Positions 28,030 to 40,002 of a stretch of 64,000 nucleotides of DNA are shown here, in pieces (the stretch's first letter is position 1; each line of letters opens with the position of its first letter). Source of the DNA: Pirellulaceae bacterium (GTDB lineage: Bacteria; Planctomycetota; Planctomycetia; Pirellulales; Pirellulaceae). The position numbers and the translations under genes are program-made. The DNA lies in assembly GCA_041752115.1 (NCBI GenBank), contig JBGSHS010000168.1, positions 37,291 to 101,290 of the forward strand. The letters run 5' to 3'. Below the pieces are notes generated by a model that was not told the origin of the DNA, did no database searches, and saw only the letters and a program-made list of their open reading frames with translations.

Positions 28030-29388
28030 ATGGTTTACAGTCACTACTACGCTCAGTTCGCCGGCCAGACGTTCGTCCTGCAAGCGGAAGATGATGCGGT
28101 CGAGAATCCCGACACGACGCGCGCCGTCCTGCAGGGCGTCGAAGACCTGCTGCGTCATGGAATTCGCGTTCTGTTTGTGTTTGGCAAGGGAACGCAGTTC
28201 GCGTCCGAATTGCGCAAAGATTACGGCGTCGCACCACATCCTGAAACAAATCGACTGATCATTCCGGAACTGGCATTGCCCCGGATCGAACGGGAACGTG
28301 CCAGGATCCTCGCCGGACTGCAGACACTCTGTACGACTGAGCGGATCCCGTCGAGCGTGATCGGTCAGTCGGCTATCCGAGTTGAACGCCGGATCGGACA
28401 TGGCAGCACTGGCGTTGCCACGCAATTCGATCTGTCGACCATGCGCGCCACACTCGAGCGGGGCGAACTGACCGTAGTCGGCTTCGGAGGGGAAGATGAC
28501 TATGGCGAGTTTCTGCATGTTCCATCGGTATCCTTGGCCGCCGATCTGGCCGTCGCTCTGCAGGCGCAAAAACTCATCTTCCTGATGCACTCGGATGGGA
28601 TTCAAGTGCCGCATCCGCATCGAGGTCGGCGACAGCTGAGTTTTGCGGACCTGGAAGAACTGCTCTGTCTGTTGCAGCGTCAGGATCATCACGGGGAGTT
28701 CGTGCTGTCAAGCACCCTGGTACCCAAGGTCCACGCCAGCATCAGCGCGGTGGCTGGAGGCGTCAATCAGGTTCACCTCGTATCGTACCGTCGCCTGCTC
28801 GATGAAATCCTGACACGCACCGGCGTCGGTACGATGATCGAGCGGCGGCAGACGCACCACGTCGACTACGCTCGGCCGGAAGACCTGGACGAAATCGAGC
28901 GGTTGCACACCGAATCCCAGCAATTTCTCACTCCCTGCGGGACGCCGTTCGTCCACCCGCTCAGTCGCGCCGAGCTGGCACGGCTGTTGCCGCAGACTCT
29001 TCTGCTGCGACACCGCGAGGTCGTGATCGGTAAGCTGCATACCGCGGCCGTACCAGATGAAGCCCAAACACTGCAGATTGGCGGGTTTGTGATTGCGGAG
29101 AACCATCAGGACTCCCAGCACGGGCAACTGTTGCTGACAGAGACCCTGGCCCGCCTGCGCGAGCGAGGATGTGTGCGGGCGGTGGCAATCACCGCTTCGC
29201 CGCGAGCACAAGGACTTTTTCGCCGATTGGGAGGCGAGCCTGCGCCCGCTGCCGCCAGCCAGTCAACGCTCGCCCAGCGCGCACTGCTGCGCTACGCGCC
29301 GGAAGAACGCAGTGAAGTCGAATTGATCGAGTTTCTTCTGCAGTCGGACTCTGCCACGCCCACGGGAAGCGGCGGGCGGACCGGATAG
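28030..29388 (+). CDS. N-acetylglutamate synthase-like protein (amino-acid-kinase fold + GNAT)
   Basis: 452 aa. GQTFVLQAEDDAV...GIRVLFVFGKG parallels the ArgA/ArgB N-termini. C-terminal GNAT-like IGGFVIAENHQDSQHGQLLL...ARLRERGCVRAVAIT...GLFRRLG. Confidence 0.6.
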   Translation: MVYSHYYAQFAGQTFVLQAEDDAVENPDTTRAVLQGVEDLLRHGIRVLFVFGKGTQFASELRKDYGVAPHPETNRLIIPELALPRIERERARILAGLQTLCTTERIPSSVIGQSAIRVERRIGHGSTGVATQFDLSTMRATLERGELTVVGFGGEDDYGEFLHVPSVSLAADLAVALQAQKLIFLMHSDGIQVPHPHRGRRQLSFADLEELLCLLQRQDHHGEFVLSSTLVPKVHASISAVAGGVNQVHLVSYRRLLDEILTRTGVGTMIERRQTHHVDYARPEDLDEIERLHTESQQFLTPCGTPFVHPLSRAELARLLPQTLLLRHREVVIGKLHTAAVPDEAQTLQIGGFVIAENHQDSQHGQLLLTETLARLRERGCVRAVAITASPRAQGLFRRLGGEPAPAAASQSTLAQRALLRYAPEERSEVELIEFLLQSDSATPTGSGGRTG

Positions 29389-29408
29389 CGAGCCGCAGAT
29401 TTCCCAGC

Positions 29409-29441
29409 GCGGCGGAATGGCGGCGGAATGGCGGCGGAATG
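29409..29441. repeat. 11-bp microsatellite x3
   Basis: GCGGCGGAATG repeated three times head to tail, 21 nt after the ArgA-like stop. Confidence 0.9.
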
Positions 29442-29812
29442 GCCAGGTACAACGCAGGGACGCGGACGAGTGCAGATCCGTGAGTAGACGGCGACAACGC
29501 GCGCAGAATGCCGACATGCTGTCGCAGCGACCTGCACGCCCGGGAGCCAGCGGCCGCTCGACGCAGAAGATCGTTGACGGCTGTCAGTTGATGACAACGT
29601 GGCGATTGACCACGACAGTCTGGTTGTTCGAAATTCTGCGGTATTCTGTCGGATTCTCCGCGAGGCGGGCCAGACCTACGGCACGTGAGCGAATGGTCCG
29701 ATCGAGGCTGTCTTGGCAGATTTTTTGGCGGATAGGGTGCTGGCGTCCGAGCAGATTTGGAGAGATGATGTTGTCGGATGTAAACCTCCCGTCTACCAGC
29801 AGGTGAGAAGCC

Positions 29813-31510
29813 ATGGCAAAGAGTGTCGAGAAGCGTTATGCGATTGGGGTCGATTACGGAACCAACAGTGTGCGAGCGCTCGTGGTTGATGGTCAGGATG
29901 GACGTGAGATCGCTACCTGTGTGTACAACTACCCCAGCGGTGAGGCGGGAATTCTGTTGGACCGCGGGGATCCGAATCTGGCCAGGCAGAATCCGGCCGA
30001 CTACATCGAAGGGTTTTACCAGAGCGTGAAGGGGGCGGTGCAGGCGGCGACGAAGCAGCGTGGATTTTCGGCTGAGAACGTGATCGGCATTGGCGTTGAC
30101 ACGACCGGCTCGACTCCCATTCCGGTAGATCGAGATGGCATGCCCCTGGCACTGCAGCCTGCGATGAAGAAGAACCTGGCCGCGCACGCCTGGCTGTGGA
30201 AGGACCACACATCCTATGCTGAGGCAGCGGAGATCACCCAACAAGCTGCCAAGTCCGGGGACGGTTATCTGGCCAAATGCGGCGGTTCGTACAGCAGCGA
30301 GTGGTATTGGTCGAAGATTCTGCACTGCAAACGCGTCGCGCCAAAGGTCTTTGCTGCTGCGTATTCGTGGGTCGAATTGGCGGACTTCATTCCCGGATTT
30401 ATCACGGGCAACCTGGACCCTGATACGATGCCGCGCGGTATCTGTGCCGGCGGGCATAAGGCCATGTACCACGAACAGTGGGGCGGGTTACCCAGCAAAG
30501 CGTTTTTGAAGAGCGTTGATCCGGGGCTGGCATCGCTACGTGATCATTATGCGGCCCCTGCGAAATGTTCGGACCAGTCGGCTGGTCAACTGACGGCCGA
30601 GGTGGCACGGAAGGTTGGCCTTCCCGCGGGAATCGCCGTGGCGGTTGGAGCCTTTGATGCACATATGGGGGCCGTCGGTGCTGGGATCAAGCCGGGTACA
30701 CTGGTCAAGATCATCGGCACGAGCACTTGTGACATGATGGTGACACCGATCGATCGGTCGCTGCCCGACATCCCCGGTCTGTGCGGGATTGTGCCGGGAT
30801 CGATCATCCCGGGAATGTACGGGCTGGAGGCTGGGCAGTCGGCTGTGGGCGACATTTTCAACTGGTTTGTGAAACACCTTGCTCCGGCCGAGTACACGAG
30901 CCAGGGTGATCCTCACGTGAATCTGACCAGAGTCGCCGCTCGGCTCAAGCCGGGTGAAAGCGGCTTGCTCGCCTTGGATTGGAACAACGGAAATCGGACC
31001 ATTCTGGTCGATCCACTCCTGTCAGGCCTGCTTGTGGGACAGACGCTGCACACAACGGCTCCGGAGATCTACCGCGCTCTGGTGGAGGCCACCGCCTTTG
31101 GTGCGCTGATGATCATCAATCGACTGGAAGAATACGGCGTTACGGTTAAAGAAGTGGTCAACTGCGGCGGCATTGCAGAGAAGAATCCCTTTGTCATGCA
31201 GATCTATGCCGACGTCACCGGGCGGCCCATGAAGATCAGCCGGAGCGCCCAGACCTGCGCGTTGGGCGCGGCCATTTTCGGTGCCGTGGTGGGTGGAGCT
31301 CACAAGTCGGTCGAGGCGGCGCAGCGGAAGATGACGGGTACCAAACCAGACTACTATCGTCCTAACAAGGCAGCTGTGCGGGTCTATGCCGAGCTGTATG
31401 CGCTGTACCGCGAACTGCACGATGCGCTGGGTACTCGCGACTATGCCGGCCAACTCGGCCAGGTCATGAAGAAGTTGATTGCCGTACGCGAAAGGGAGAG
31501 AAGGGGCTGA
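29813..31510 (+). CDS. araB: L-ribulokinase
   Basis: 565 aa. YAIGVDYGTNSVRALVVD...NYPSG...QNPADY and the length and architecture are typical of AraB (FGGY kinase family). Confidence 0.9.
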   Translation: MAKSVEKRYAIGVDYGTNSVRALVVDGQDGREIATCVYNYPSGEAGILLDRGDPNLARQNPADYIEGFYQSVKGAVQAATKQRGFSAENVIGIGVDTTGSTPIPVDRDGMPLALQPAMKKNLAAHAWLWKDHTSYAEAAEITQQAAKSGDGYLAKCGGSYSSEWYWSKILHCKRVAPKVFAAAYSWVELADFIPGFITGNLDPDTMPRGICAGGHKAMYHEQWGGLPSKAFLKSVDPGLASLRDHYAAPAKCSDQSAGQLTAEVARKVGLPAGIAVAVGAFDAHMGAVGAGIKPGTLVKIIGTSTCDMMVTPIDRSLPDIPGLCGIVPGSIIPGMYGLEAGQSAVGDIFNWFVKHLAPAEYTSQGDPHVNLTRVAARLKPGESGLLALDWNNGNRTILVDPLLSGLLVGQTLHTTAPEIYRALVEATAFGALMIINRLEEYGVTVKEVVNCGGIAEKNPFVMQIYADVTGRPMKISRSAQTCALGAAIFGAVVGGAHKSVEAAQRKMTGTKPDYYRPNKAAVRVYAELYALYRELHDALGTRDYAGQLGQVMKKLIAVRERERRG

Positions 31511-31864
31511 CCTGCGAGCGTGACAGGTCGCTGTCGTCCTCCCCACTCCAGATCGACGATCGCGATTTCGCGCGGCGCTGCTGCCAGTGAAGAATGACCA
31601 GACACCCAATGACGAAACAAGCCCGAGCGTCGAACCGGAAACAAGTTCCCCATTTGTTTCTGGCAGGCTGGTTCGGCAATCGGATAGGACGTTCGTCATG
31701 AGGTACTTCGTCATTCGACATTTCGCGAGGTGTTGCCGAATCGCGCACGGTCGTTTCGAGTCGGTCAGGCCCCGGAGAAGTCACAGGTCGCATTGCTCCT
31801 GATGCGGCCCCCCTGAACGCCCCTTTCGTCCCTCAAACAAGGGTAGATTCCAACGGGTGATGCC

Positions 31865-32554
31865 GTGTTAGAACAACTCAAAGCAGAAGTATGCCAGGCG
31901 AATCTGGATCTCGTCTCGGCCGGACTCGTGACGTTGACGTGGGGTAACACCAGCGCGCGGAGTGACGATGGAAGGTTCGTCGTCATCAAGCCCAGCGGCG
32001 TTCCGTACGATCAGATGTTGCCCGAACACATGGCGGTAGTCGATCTGGATGGAAAGCTGGTCGAAGGCGATCTGCGCCCTTCCTCAGATACCGCTACGCA
32101 TCTGATTCTCTATCACCATTTCCCGCAGGTTCACGGGATTACGCACACGCACAGCAGGCGGGCCACGGCATTCGCCCAGGCGCGACGGGAGATACCCTGT
32201 CTGGGGACCACCCACGCCGATCACTTCTGCGGAAATGTCCCGGTCACCCGCCCCCTGACGCGCGGGGAAGTGGACGAGACCTACGAAGCAAACACGGGGA
32301 AGGTGATCGTTGAGCGATTCGAGAACCTGGATCCTGTGGCGATGCCCGCCGTGCTGGTGGCCGGTCACGGGCCGTTCACCTGGGGCACCAGTGCCGCCGA
32401 ATCGGTTCAGAACGCTGTGGCCCTGGAGGCGGTGGCGGCGATGGTCCTTGATACGTACCAGTTGCGATCCGACGCTCCCCCGCTGGAAGCGTACGTCCTG
32501 GAAAAACACTATCAGCGCAAACACGGAACGCACGCGTATTACGGTCAGAAGTAA
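31865..32554 (+). CDS. araD: L-ribulose-5-phosphate 4-epimerase
   Basis: 229 aa, GTG start. MLEQLKAEVCQANLDLVSAGLVTLTWGNTSARS..GRFVVIKPSGVPYDQM closely parallels E. coli AraD. Confidence 0.9.
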   Translation: MLEQLKAEVCQANLDLVSAGLVTLTWGNTSARSDDGRFVVIKPSGVPYDQMLPEHMAVVDLDGKLVEGDLRPSSDTATHLILYHHFPQVHGITHTHSRRATAFAQARREIPCLGTTHADHFCGNVPVTRPLTRGEVDETYEANTGKVIVERFENLDPVAMPAVLVAGHGPFTWGTSAAESVQNAVALEAVAAMVLDTYQLRSDAPPLEAYVLEKHYQRKHGTHAYYGQK

Positions 32555-32769
32555 GGAGACGATGCTGGGCAACCGCCCTGGCCATGAGGTACAGTAGGGC
32601 CTGCTGCCGAGCGGGAGAGGATTGACGGGGAGGGCTTGTGAGAGCACCCGGAACTGAACTTCCGGCAAGGATCGGGGCGCCCCGGCAGCGTAGTGCGTCG
32701 GATTGCATGCTGTCCACGATGGTATCCGGAACGACTTGTTTCATGCCAAGCGCAGGGAGAAAATGAGCG

Positions 32770-34278
32770 GTGACCGAATTCAATCGCCTGGAAGTCTGGT
32801 TTGCCACAGGAAGCCAGCATCTATACGGTCCGGAAGTCCTCAAGCAGGTGGAAGCCGATGCGCAGCAGATTGTGGCCGGATTGGATCATTCCGCCTCACT
32901 ACCCATTAAGCTGGTGGCGAAACCGGTTCTCACGACACCGCAGGCGATTGCCCAGTTGTGCTTGGAGGCGAATCGAGACCCGCATTGCATCGGGTTGGTG
33001 ACGTGGATGCACACGTTCTCGCCGGCCAAGATGTGGATTGCCGGCCTGACGGCGCTGCAGCGCCCGCTGGCTCACCTGCACACGCAGTTCAACCGGGATA
33101 TTCCCTGGTCGACCATCGACATGGACTTCATGAATCTGAATCAATCGGCCCATGGCGGGCGAGAGTTCGGATTCATCTGCAGTCGTCTGCGAGAGAACCG
33201 CAAGGTGATGGTCGGGCATTGGGAAGATCCAGTGGTACAGCAGCGTTTGGGCCAGTGGATGCGAGTCGCAGCGGCCTGGCACGACTGGCAACGGGCAAGA
33301 ATTGCTCGCATCGGCGATAACATGCGTGAAGTGGCGGTCACGGAGGGGGACAAGGTCTCGGCGCAGATCCAGCTTGGGTTTGCCGTCAACGGATATGGCA
33401 TCGGCGATCTGGTCAGGTATGTCAGCGAGGTTTCGGAAGCCGATGTCAAGCAGTTGTGCGCTGCGTATGATCAGCAGTATCGCATGGCACCGGCGCTGCG
33501 TCCTGACGGTGACCGGCGTGAATCACTGGAAGAGGCCGCGCGTATTGAGCTGGGATTGCGAGCGTTTCTGACCGAGGGAGGGTTTGCCGGTTTCACGGAT
33601 ACCTTTGAGGATCTGCACGGCCTGCGGCAGCTTCCGGGGCTGGCGGTGCAGCGGCTGATGGCCGACGGATATGGCTATGGTGCTGAGGGAGATTGGAAGC
33701 ACGCGGCGCTGGTGCGCGCGATGAAGGTGATGTCGAGCGGTTTGGAGGGGGGCGTCAGCTTCATGGAGGATTACACCTATCATTTCGATCCGACCGGCTC
33801 GAAGGTGCTCGGGGCGCACATGCTGGAGATCTGCCCGTCCATCGCCGCGGAACAACCCTCGTGCGAAATTCACCCGCTGGGTATCGGCGGCAAGGAGGAT
33901 CCGGTGCGGCTGGTGTTTGATGCGCGGAGCGGGCCGGCTCTGAACGTCTCGCTGATCGACCTGGGAAACCGGTTTCGCATGGTGGTCAACCAGGTGGATG
34001 TCGTGGCTCCCGATGCTCCACTTCCCAGACTGCCGGTGGCCCGCGCGCTCTGGACGCCGAGGCCGACTCTGGAGGTGGCTGCTGCTGCCTGGATCCTGGC
34101 GGGAGGTGCCCATCACACGAGCTTTGCCCAGGCAGTAACGCTGGAACAGATGGAGGACTTTGCCGAGATGGCCAACATCGAGATGGTCGCTATTACCGAC
34201 GGCGTCGACCTGTCACGGTTCAAGCAGGAGCTGCGCTGGAACGAAATGTACTACCACCTGGCACGCGGATTACAGTAA
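32770..34278 (+). CDS. araA: L-arabinose isomerase
   Basis: 502 aa, GTG start. [21 protein letters not shown] and [22 protein letters not shown] match AraA hallmarks. Confidence 0.9.
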   Translation: MTEFNRLEVWFATGSQHLYGPEVLKQVEADAQQIVAGLDHSASLPIKLVAKPVLTTPQAIAQLCLEANRDPHCIGLVTWMHTFSPAKMWIAGLTALQRPLAHLHTQFNRDIPWSTIDMDFMNLNQSAHGGREFGFICSRLRENRKVMVGHWEDPVVQQRLGQWMRVAAAWHDWQRARIARIGDNMREVAVTEGDKVSAQIQLGFAVNGYGIGDLVRYVSEVSEADVKQLCAAYDQQYRMAPALRPDGDRRESLEEAARIELGLRAFLTEGGFAGFTDTFEDLHGLRQLPGLAVQRLMADGYGYGAEGDWKHAALVRAMKVMSSGLEGGVSFMEDYTYHFDPTGSKVLGAHMLEICPSIAAEQPSCEIHPLGIGGKEDPVRLVFDARSGPALNVSLIDLGNRFRMVVNQVDVVAPDAPLPRLPVARALWTPRPTLEVAAAAWILAGGAHHTSFAQAVTLEQMEDFAEMANIEMVAITDGVDLSRFKQELRWNEMYYHLARGLQ

Positions 34279-34413
34279 CATCACAGATCGGATTTGGCGT
34301 CCGGTGCGTTGTGGCGAATTTACCTGGCGGCGGACCGGCCGCCGAGGTACTCCCGGCTCTTCGACAGCGGACGATGCACCACCTCCCCGACAGTTCTTGA
34401 AAGGCGCGGAAAA

Positions 34414-36159
<1,746 letters not shown>

Positions 36160-36194
36160 GTTGCGACGGCCGGATTTGCGGAGCCGAGAACGCG

Positions 36195-36221
36195 CTCACC
36201 TGGCGACACGCGCCAGGTGAG
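36195..36221 (+). terminator. Intrinsic-terminator-like hairpin after the SSF gene
   Basis: CTCACCTGGCG-ACACG-CGCCAGGTGAG (perfect 11-bp stem) followed by TCTTCCTTG, 36 nt after the stop at 36159. Confidence 0.5.
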
Positions 36222-36278
36222 TCTTCCTTGGGCGAAACGGCGTCCTCCTCTGCACGCGTCGCCGAGATCTGAGTTGAC

Positions 36279-36893
36279 ATGCGGTTCTACTCGACGTATC
36301 TGTTCCCGGCCTTGCACGACTGGCTGATCGACCGGGCCCACTGGCGCCGGCTGCGCAGTGAGGTGCTCGGGCCGGCCCACGGAGAAGTGCTCGAAATCGG
36401 GGCGGGAAGCGGCCTGAACCTGCCTCACTATCGCTCCCACGTGCGGCACTTGACCTTGATCGACCCGAACCCGGGGATGCATCGCCGTCTGCAGCGGCGC
36501 ATGTGCCGCTCGCCATTAGCGGTCAAACGGCACGTGGCCGCGGCCGAACAGTTGCCTTTCGACGACGCCTGCTTTGATACCGTCGTCAGTACCCTGACGC
36601 TCTGCAGCGTACAGGATGTGATGGCGGTCGTGGGTGAAGTATATCGGGTACTCAAACCGGGCGGTCAGTTCCTGTTTCTGGAACATGGCTTGTCCAGTGA
36701 CGAGCGAGTGCGCACCTGGCAGCGCCGATTGAATCCAACATGGGGATGGATGAGCGGAGGTTGCCGGCTCGATCTCGATGTGCGTGGAGTGGTTTCTCAT
36801 CTTCCCTTCCGGCAGGTGCAGATCGTCAATTTTCACATGAAGTGGGCTCCTCGCACACACGGCTTCATGTCCCGTGGTTCCGCCCTGCGATAA
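36279..36893 (+). CDS. Class I SAM-dependent methyltransferase
   Basis: 204 aa. Motif I VLEIGAGSGLNL, and post-I/II VLKPGGQFLFLEHG. Confidence 0.8.
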   Translation: MRFYSTYLFPALHDWLIDRAHWRRLRSEVLGPAHGEVLEIGAGSGLNLPHYRSHVRHLTLIDPNPGMHRRLQRRMCRSPLAVKRHVAAAEQLPFDDACFDTVVSTLTLCSVQDVMAVVGEVYRVLKPGGQFLFLEHGLSSDERVRTWQRRLNPTWGWMSGGCRLDLDVRGVVSHLPFRQVQIVNFHMKWAPRTHGFMSRGSALR

Positions 36894-37192
36894 GCTCTGC
36901 CTCCCGGCAGATCGACGAAGTCGTCTCATTGCCACCAGTCAGCCTGGTAGGTACGAGAAGAACAACTTCGGCGTTTCTCTTGCAGGCACGCTCGCGCAGA
37001 GCGTGAGAAACGGTAACCGCCGAAGTGATTCTTGCCGCGTTGCGAAGGGTGATGGTTGGTGCGTCGTGAGAATCTGGTTTGTGCAACGGCGGCGTGGCGT
37101 GTCTCGACCGGCTGACTGCATCGAGCAGGACACTGGCCAAGTCTGGCTCGCGCCGCATACAATGACGGTCAAACTCAGAGGAGCCTGCTGTT

Positions 37193-37606
37193 ATGAAACA
37201 GTCTGAATGGGCGATTGCCGTCATTCTGCGCATCATCGGTTACGCCGCACTGTGTGCGATTCCTGCCATTTTCTTCCCTTACAACTGGATGAACGCCATC
37301 CACGACACCATGGGATTGGGTCAGTTGCCGCACACGCCGATCGTGAGCTACTTAGCTCGATCTCTGTCGATGTTCTACGCGATGTTCGGCACGATTTGCC
37401 TGTTTGCAGCCAGCGACGTGCGCCGGCACGCGCCCCTGATCCGGCTCATTGCCATCCTTTCGATACTGCTTGGCTGCACCTTGTTCGGAATCGATTACGC
37501 CAGTGACATGCCGGCCCACTGGACCATTGTGGAAGGTCCATTCACCATTATCGTGGGCTGCCTCATTCTGTGGCTGCAGCGTCGCTGTGCGTACCGCACG
37601 CTCTAG
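37193..37606 (+). CDS. Hypothetical membrane protein (4 predicted helices)
   Basis: 137 aa with hydrophobic segments throughout. No recognised domain. Confidence 0.55.
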   Translation: MKQSEWAIAVILRIIGYAALCAIPAIFFPYNWMNAIHDTMGLGQLPHTPIVSYLARSLSMFYAMFGTICLFAASDVRRHAPLIRLIAILSILLGCTLFGIDYASDMPAHWTIVEGPFTIIVGCLILWLQRRCAYRTL

Positions 37607-37612
37607 CTGCGT

Positions 37613-37636
37613 GTAGCGCGAGCTTCAGCTCGCGAC
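37613..37636. repeat. REP-like hairpin element (family member 1)
   Basis: GTAG-CGCGAGC-TTCA-GCTCGCG-AC, a perfect 7-bp stem, starting 7 nt after the TAG stop (37604-37606), between convergent genes. Confidence 0.8.
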
Positions 37637-37741
37637 CTGCAGCTGTTTCCATCTTCCATCCGTGCAGGTCCGAGTGCATCTCCCACGATACGAGTTCGCG
37701 TGCCCTGTCCACCGGCCAACGCTGCGGCACTGCCAACGTGA

Positions 37742-38461
37742 TCAACGATCGTCCGCCGGCGTGGCCCGCGTCGTCAGGTCGCGCAGAGACTCGGCCAGCA
37801 CATCGAGCAGCTTCCGCCATCGTGGCCGGTCGGTCAGCCAGGCCTGGTTCACCTCCAATTCGATTCCGGCGTAGAGATGATCTGCGAATTGGCGGCGCAG
37901 GCAGGTCGTGAAACCGTCCGCTTTGCCGAGGTACGGGTAGTTGCGGCGCACTCGCAGGTCGCTTCGCAGGTCGCGTAAACGCGTGCGCCACGCCGCGCTC
38001 AGGAGTTTTTCGTGCCGGCGGCGCGGATCGTAGAGCAGGCCGATATCTGCTCGTCGAATCTGCCCGTTGAGCTGGGGCGTGAAGGTGTGCAGGGCGAGGT
38101 GCAGCACGAAAATTCCACGTTGGGTGATGGCCGAGATGGCGTCCGCCACTCGCTGCCGATGGGGGAGGTAATAGTGGTCGATTAGTTTCCTTTTCTCGGC
38201 TGTGCCGAGAGGAGCCGTGAACTGGGAGAAGAGTTGAGGATGTCCCAGGGACCGATTGGGCTCGATCAGCAGACGCGTGGTCGTGACTGCGTAGAGCGGC
38301 ACGCCCGATCGACGCGACAGGAACCTGCCCAATTCCAGTGAACCGGGATCAAAACCGCGATGACTTGCCAGCAAATCGCCGTGGCCGCGAAAGAGGCGGG
38401 CGTACGAGGGTGGAACGCGATTTCCTCCGTGTTCACACGACAATACGAGTTGCATAGTCAC
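37742..38461 (-). CDS. N-formylglutamate amidohydrolase (FGase)-family hydrolase
   Basis: 239 aa. LSCEHGGNRVP...HRGFDPG...LHTFTP...IGLLYDP...IELEVNQ match the FGase-family pattern. GTG 38461 overlaps the upstream stop; ATG 38455 is an alternative start. Confidence 0.75.
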   Translation of the reverse strand: MTMQLVLSCEHGGNRVPPSYARLFRGHGDLLASHRGFDPGSLELGRFLSRRSGVPLYAVTTTRLLIEPNRSLGHPQLFSQFTAPLGTAEKRKLIDHYYLPHRQRVADAISAITQRGIFVLHLALHTFTPQLNGQIRRADIGLLYDPRRRHEKLLSAAWRTRLRDLRSDLRVRRNYPYLGKADGFTTCLRRQFADHLYAGIELEVNQAWLTDRPRWRKLLDVLAESLRDLTTRATPADDR

Positions 38462-39705
38462 ATCAGGAACATCCTACCTGTTGAGAGGCACTCGCAGATA
38501 TTGCGATAGACGGGCATCAGCCGCTTTGGCAGGTTGTCGACCAAGGCGGCAGTGATTCGGCGCGAAAGCGGTCCATGCTCCAGGATCGTCCGCAATGGTT
38601 CTCGCCAGAACTCGGAGCTGCTTCCGCCTGACGCGATCCCCAGCGTCTGGTCGAGCAGATGGTGCCAGAGTTCCCTGGCGGTGCAGCAGCTTTCGGGATA
38701 ACCGAACTGAGCCAGATACTGGACATCCTGGAGCACTGCCTGTTCAGCCATTCGCGTCGTCTGTGACAGGATCCGCGCCAGCAAAGCAGTGTCGATCGAC
38801 TGCTGCGCTGCAGTGTCGGTCCATCGCTGCTGGCAGATCGCCTGCAGCACGCAGGCAATCGCATGGCAGATGGCAATATCGGCCTGAGGACACTCCTGAA
38901 TGTCGAGCACTCGGATTTCGATCGTGTTGCGTTCGAAGCGGGCAATGGCGCCTCGCGAGTTGAGCCATTCATGCTGAAGCGTACCGCCCGGATCCAGCGG
39001 AGCAATGTCATCGTACATCCGCTGAAAGATCTCGCGCCGGTAGTCAGACTGCGTGAAGACAGGTTCGGGCACCACGAGGCCCGTCAATGAGGGAACGCGT
39101 GCTGAGTTGGTACGGTAAACATCGAGCCGGGTGTCTTGCAGACCGGTGATCGATCCTTCGCGGACGGGTGAGCTGGCGGCCAGCGCGGGAAGGAGCGGCA
39201 GCAGGAGGCGGATCGCTGCGTGCAGTTGCCCAAACTCCCGGTCACCAGCAAACGGCAGATTCAGATGCACACTCTGCAGGTTGGCCCAGCCATGCCCGCG
39301 GCAGTCGAAGATGCGGTTATATGCTTCGTACACCGCATTGTATTCGTGCGGCCAGAGCTTGAGTTCCCGGTGTGGATCCATCCAAGGGTGCATTGCTGTG
39401 GGCATCAGCTGCGCGCCTCGAGGGGCCAGCAGCTGGTTGATCCGGACCACATCCTCCTGAAATCGTTGCGGCAGTGGGACCAGGCTTTCGGCCGGCCCGT
39501 TGGTCTTCAGTTCGATCACGTGCAGGGCCAGTTCGTTCGACCAGGCCAGTTGGTCCATTTCCACCTCAGACTCGTAGCGTCCCGCCACTTCCCAGAGCAC
39601 CTGATCGGTGATGGGACGGACTGAAAGCGTGTCCTGGTCGACGATCATGTACTCCAACTCGACGCCGTAGGCCTGAAACAGATGGAGGGGTGCCGGTTGG
39701 TTCAC
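38458..39705 (-). CDS. GCS2-type carboxylate-amine ligase (glutamate-cysteine ligase family 2-like)
   Basis: 415 aa. FQAYGVELEYMIVD...LHVIELKTNGP...HLNLPF are typical of the GCS2/YbdK-like fold. Confidence 0.7.
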   Translation of the reverse strand: MNQPAPLHLFQAYGVELEYMIVDQDTLSVRPITDQVLWEVAGRYESEVEMDQLAWSNELALHVIELKTNGPAESLVPLPQRFQEDVVRINQLLAPRGAQLMPTAMHPWMDPHRELKLWPHEYNAVYEAYNRIFDCRGHGWANLQSVHLNLPFAGDREFGQLHAAIRLLLPLLPALAASSPVREGSITGLQDTRLDVYRTNSARVPSLTGLVVPEPVFTQSDYRREIFQRMYDDIAPLDPGGTLQHEWLNSRGAIARFERNTIEIRVLDIQECPQADIAICHAIACVLQAICQQRWTDTAAQQSIDTALLARILSQTTRMAEQAVLQDVQYLAQFGYPESCCTARELWHHLLDQTLGIASGGSSSEFWREPLRTILEHGPLSRRITAALVDNLPKRLMPVYRNICECLSTGRMFLM

Positions 39706-39920
39706 AGCGGGTGTTCTCGTGGCGGAGAGAAGTGGTGAGTGAGTAACAACGTGGTCGCTGAAGAGATCCTGTTAAGCCGGCGATCGCGTTCCTGTGGCAC
39801 GCCGGTCCCAAGGAGGCGTGGCGAAGTACCGCACGACGAACGAGGTCCGCAAAGCGAATTGTCGACGTGGAGTCGAGTCGCGTGAGGGGCTGGTGGCAAA
39901 TTGGTTCGGCATCAGGTAGT

Positions 39921-39970
39921 CGTCATTGGGTATTTCGTCATTCGTCATTCGTCATTCTCTCGGCGTCATT
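39921..39970. repeat. CGTCATT heptamer cluster (5 copies, 3 in perfect tandem at 39936-39956)
   Basis: Lies in the 297-bp gap between the GCS2-like and ATP-grasp genes. The related TTCGTCATTCGACATT occurs at 31707-31722. Confidence 0.8.
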
Positions 39971-40002
39971 CAGGCGGACGTTGCCGCCTCACGCGCGGTT
40001 GT

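Noticed and set aside
29189-30472. 427-aa minus-strand ORF
   Set aside because: It is antisense to araB, whose plus-strand product has clear ribulokinase features. The minus product is Arg/Pro/Ser-rich and low-complexity.
32647-32664. CCGGAACTGAACTTCCGG hairpin between araD and araA as a fifth member of the REP-like family
   Set aside because: It shares the GAACTGAA core but lacks the CGCG stem ends and the GTAG flank, and only a 6-bp stem forms. It is too divergent to include without a genome-wide model.
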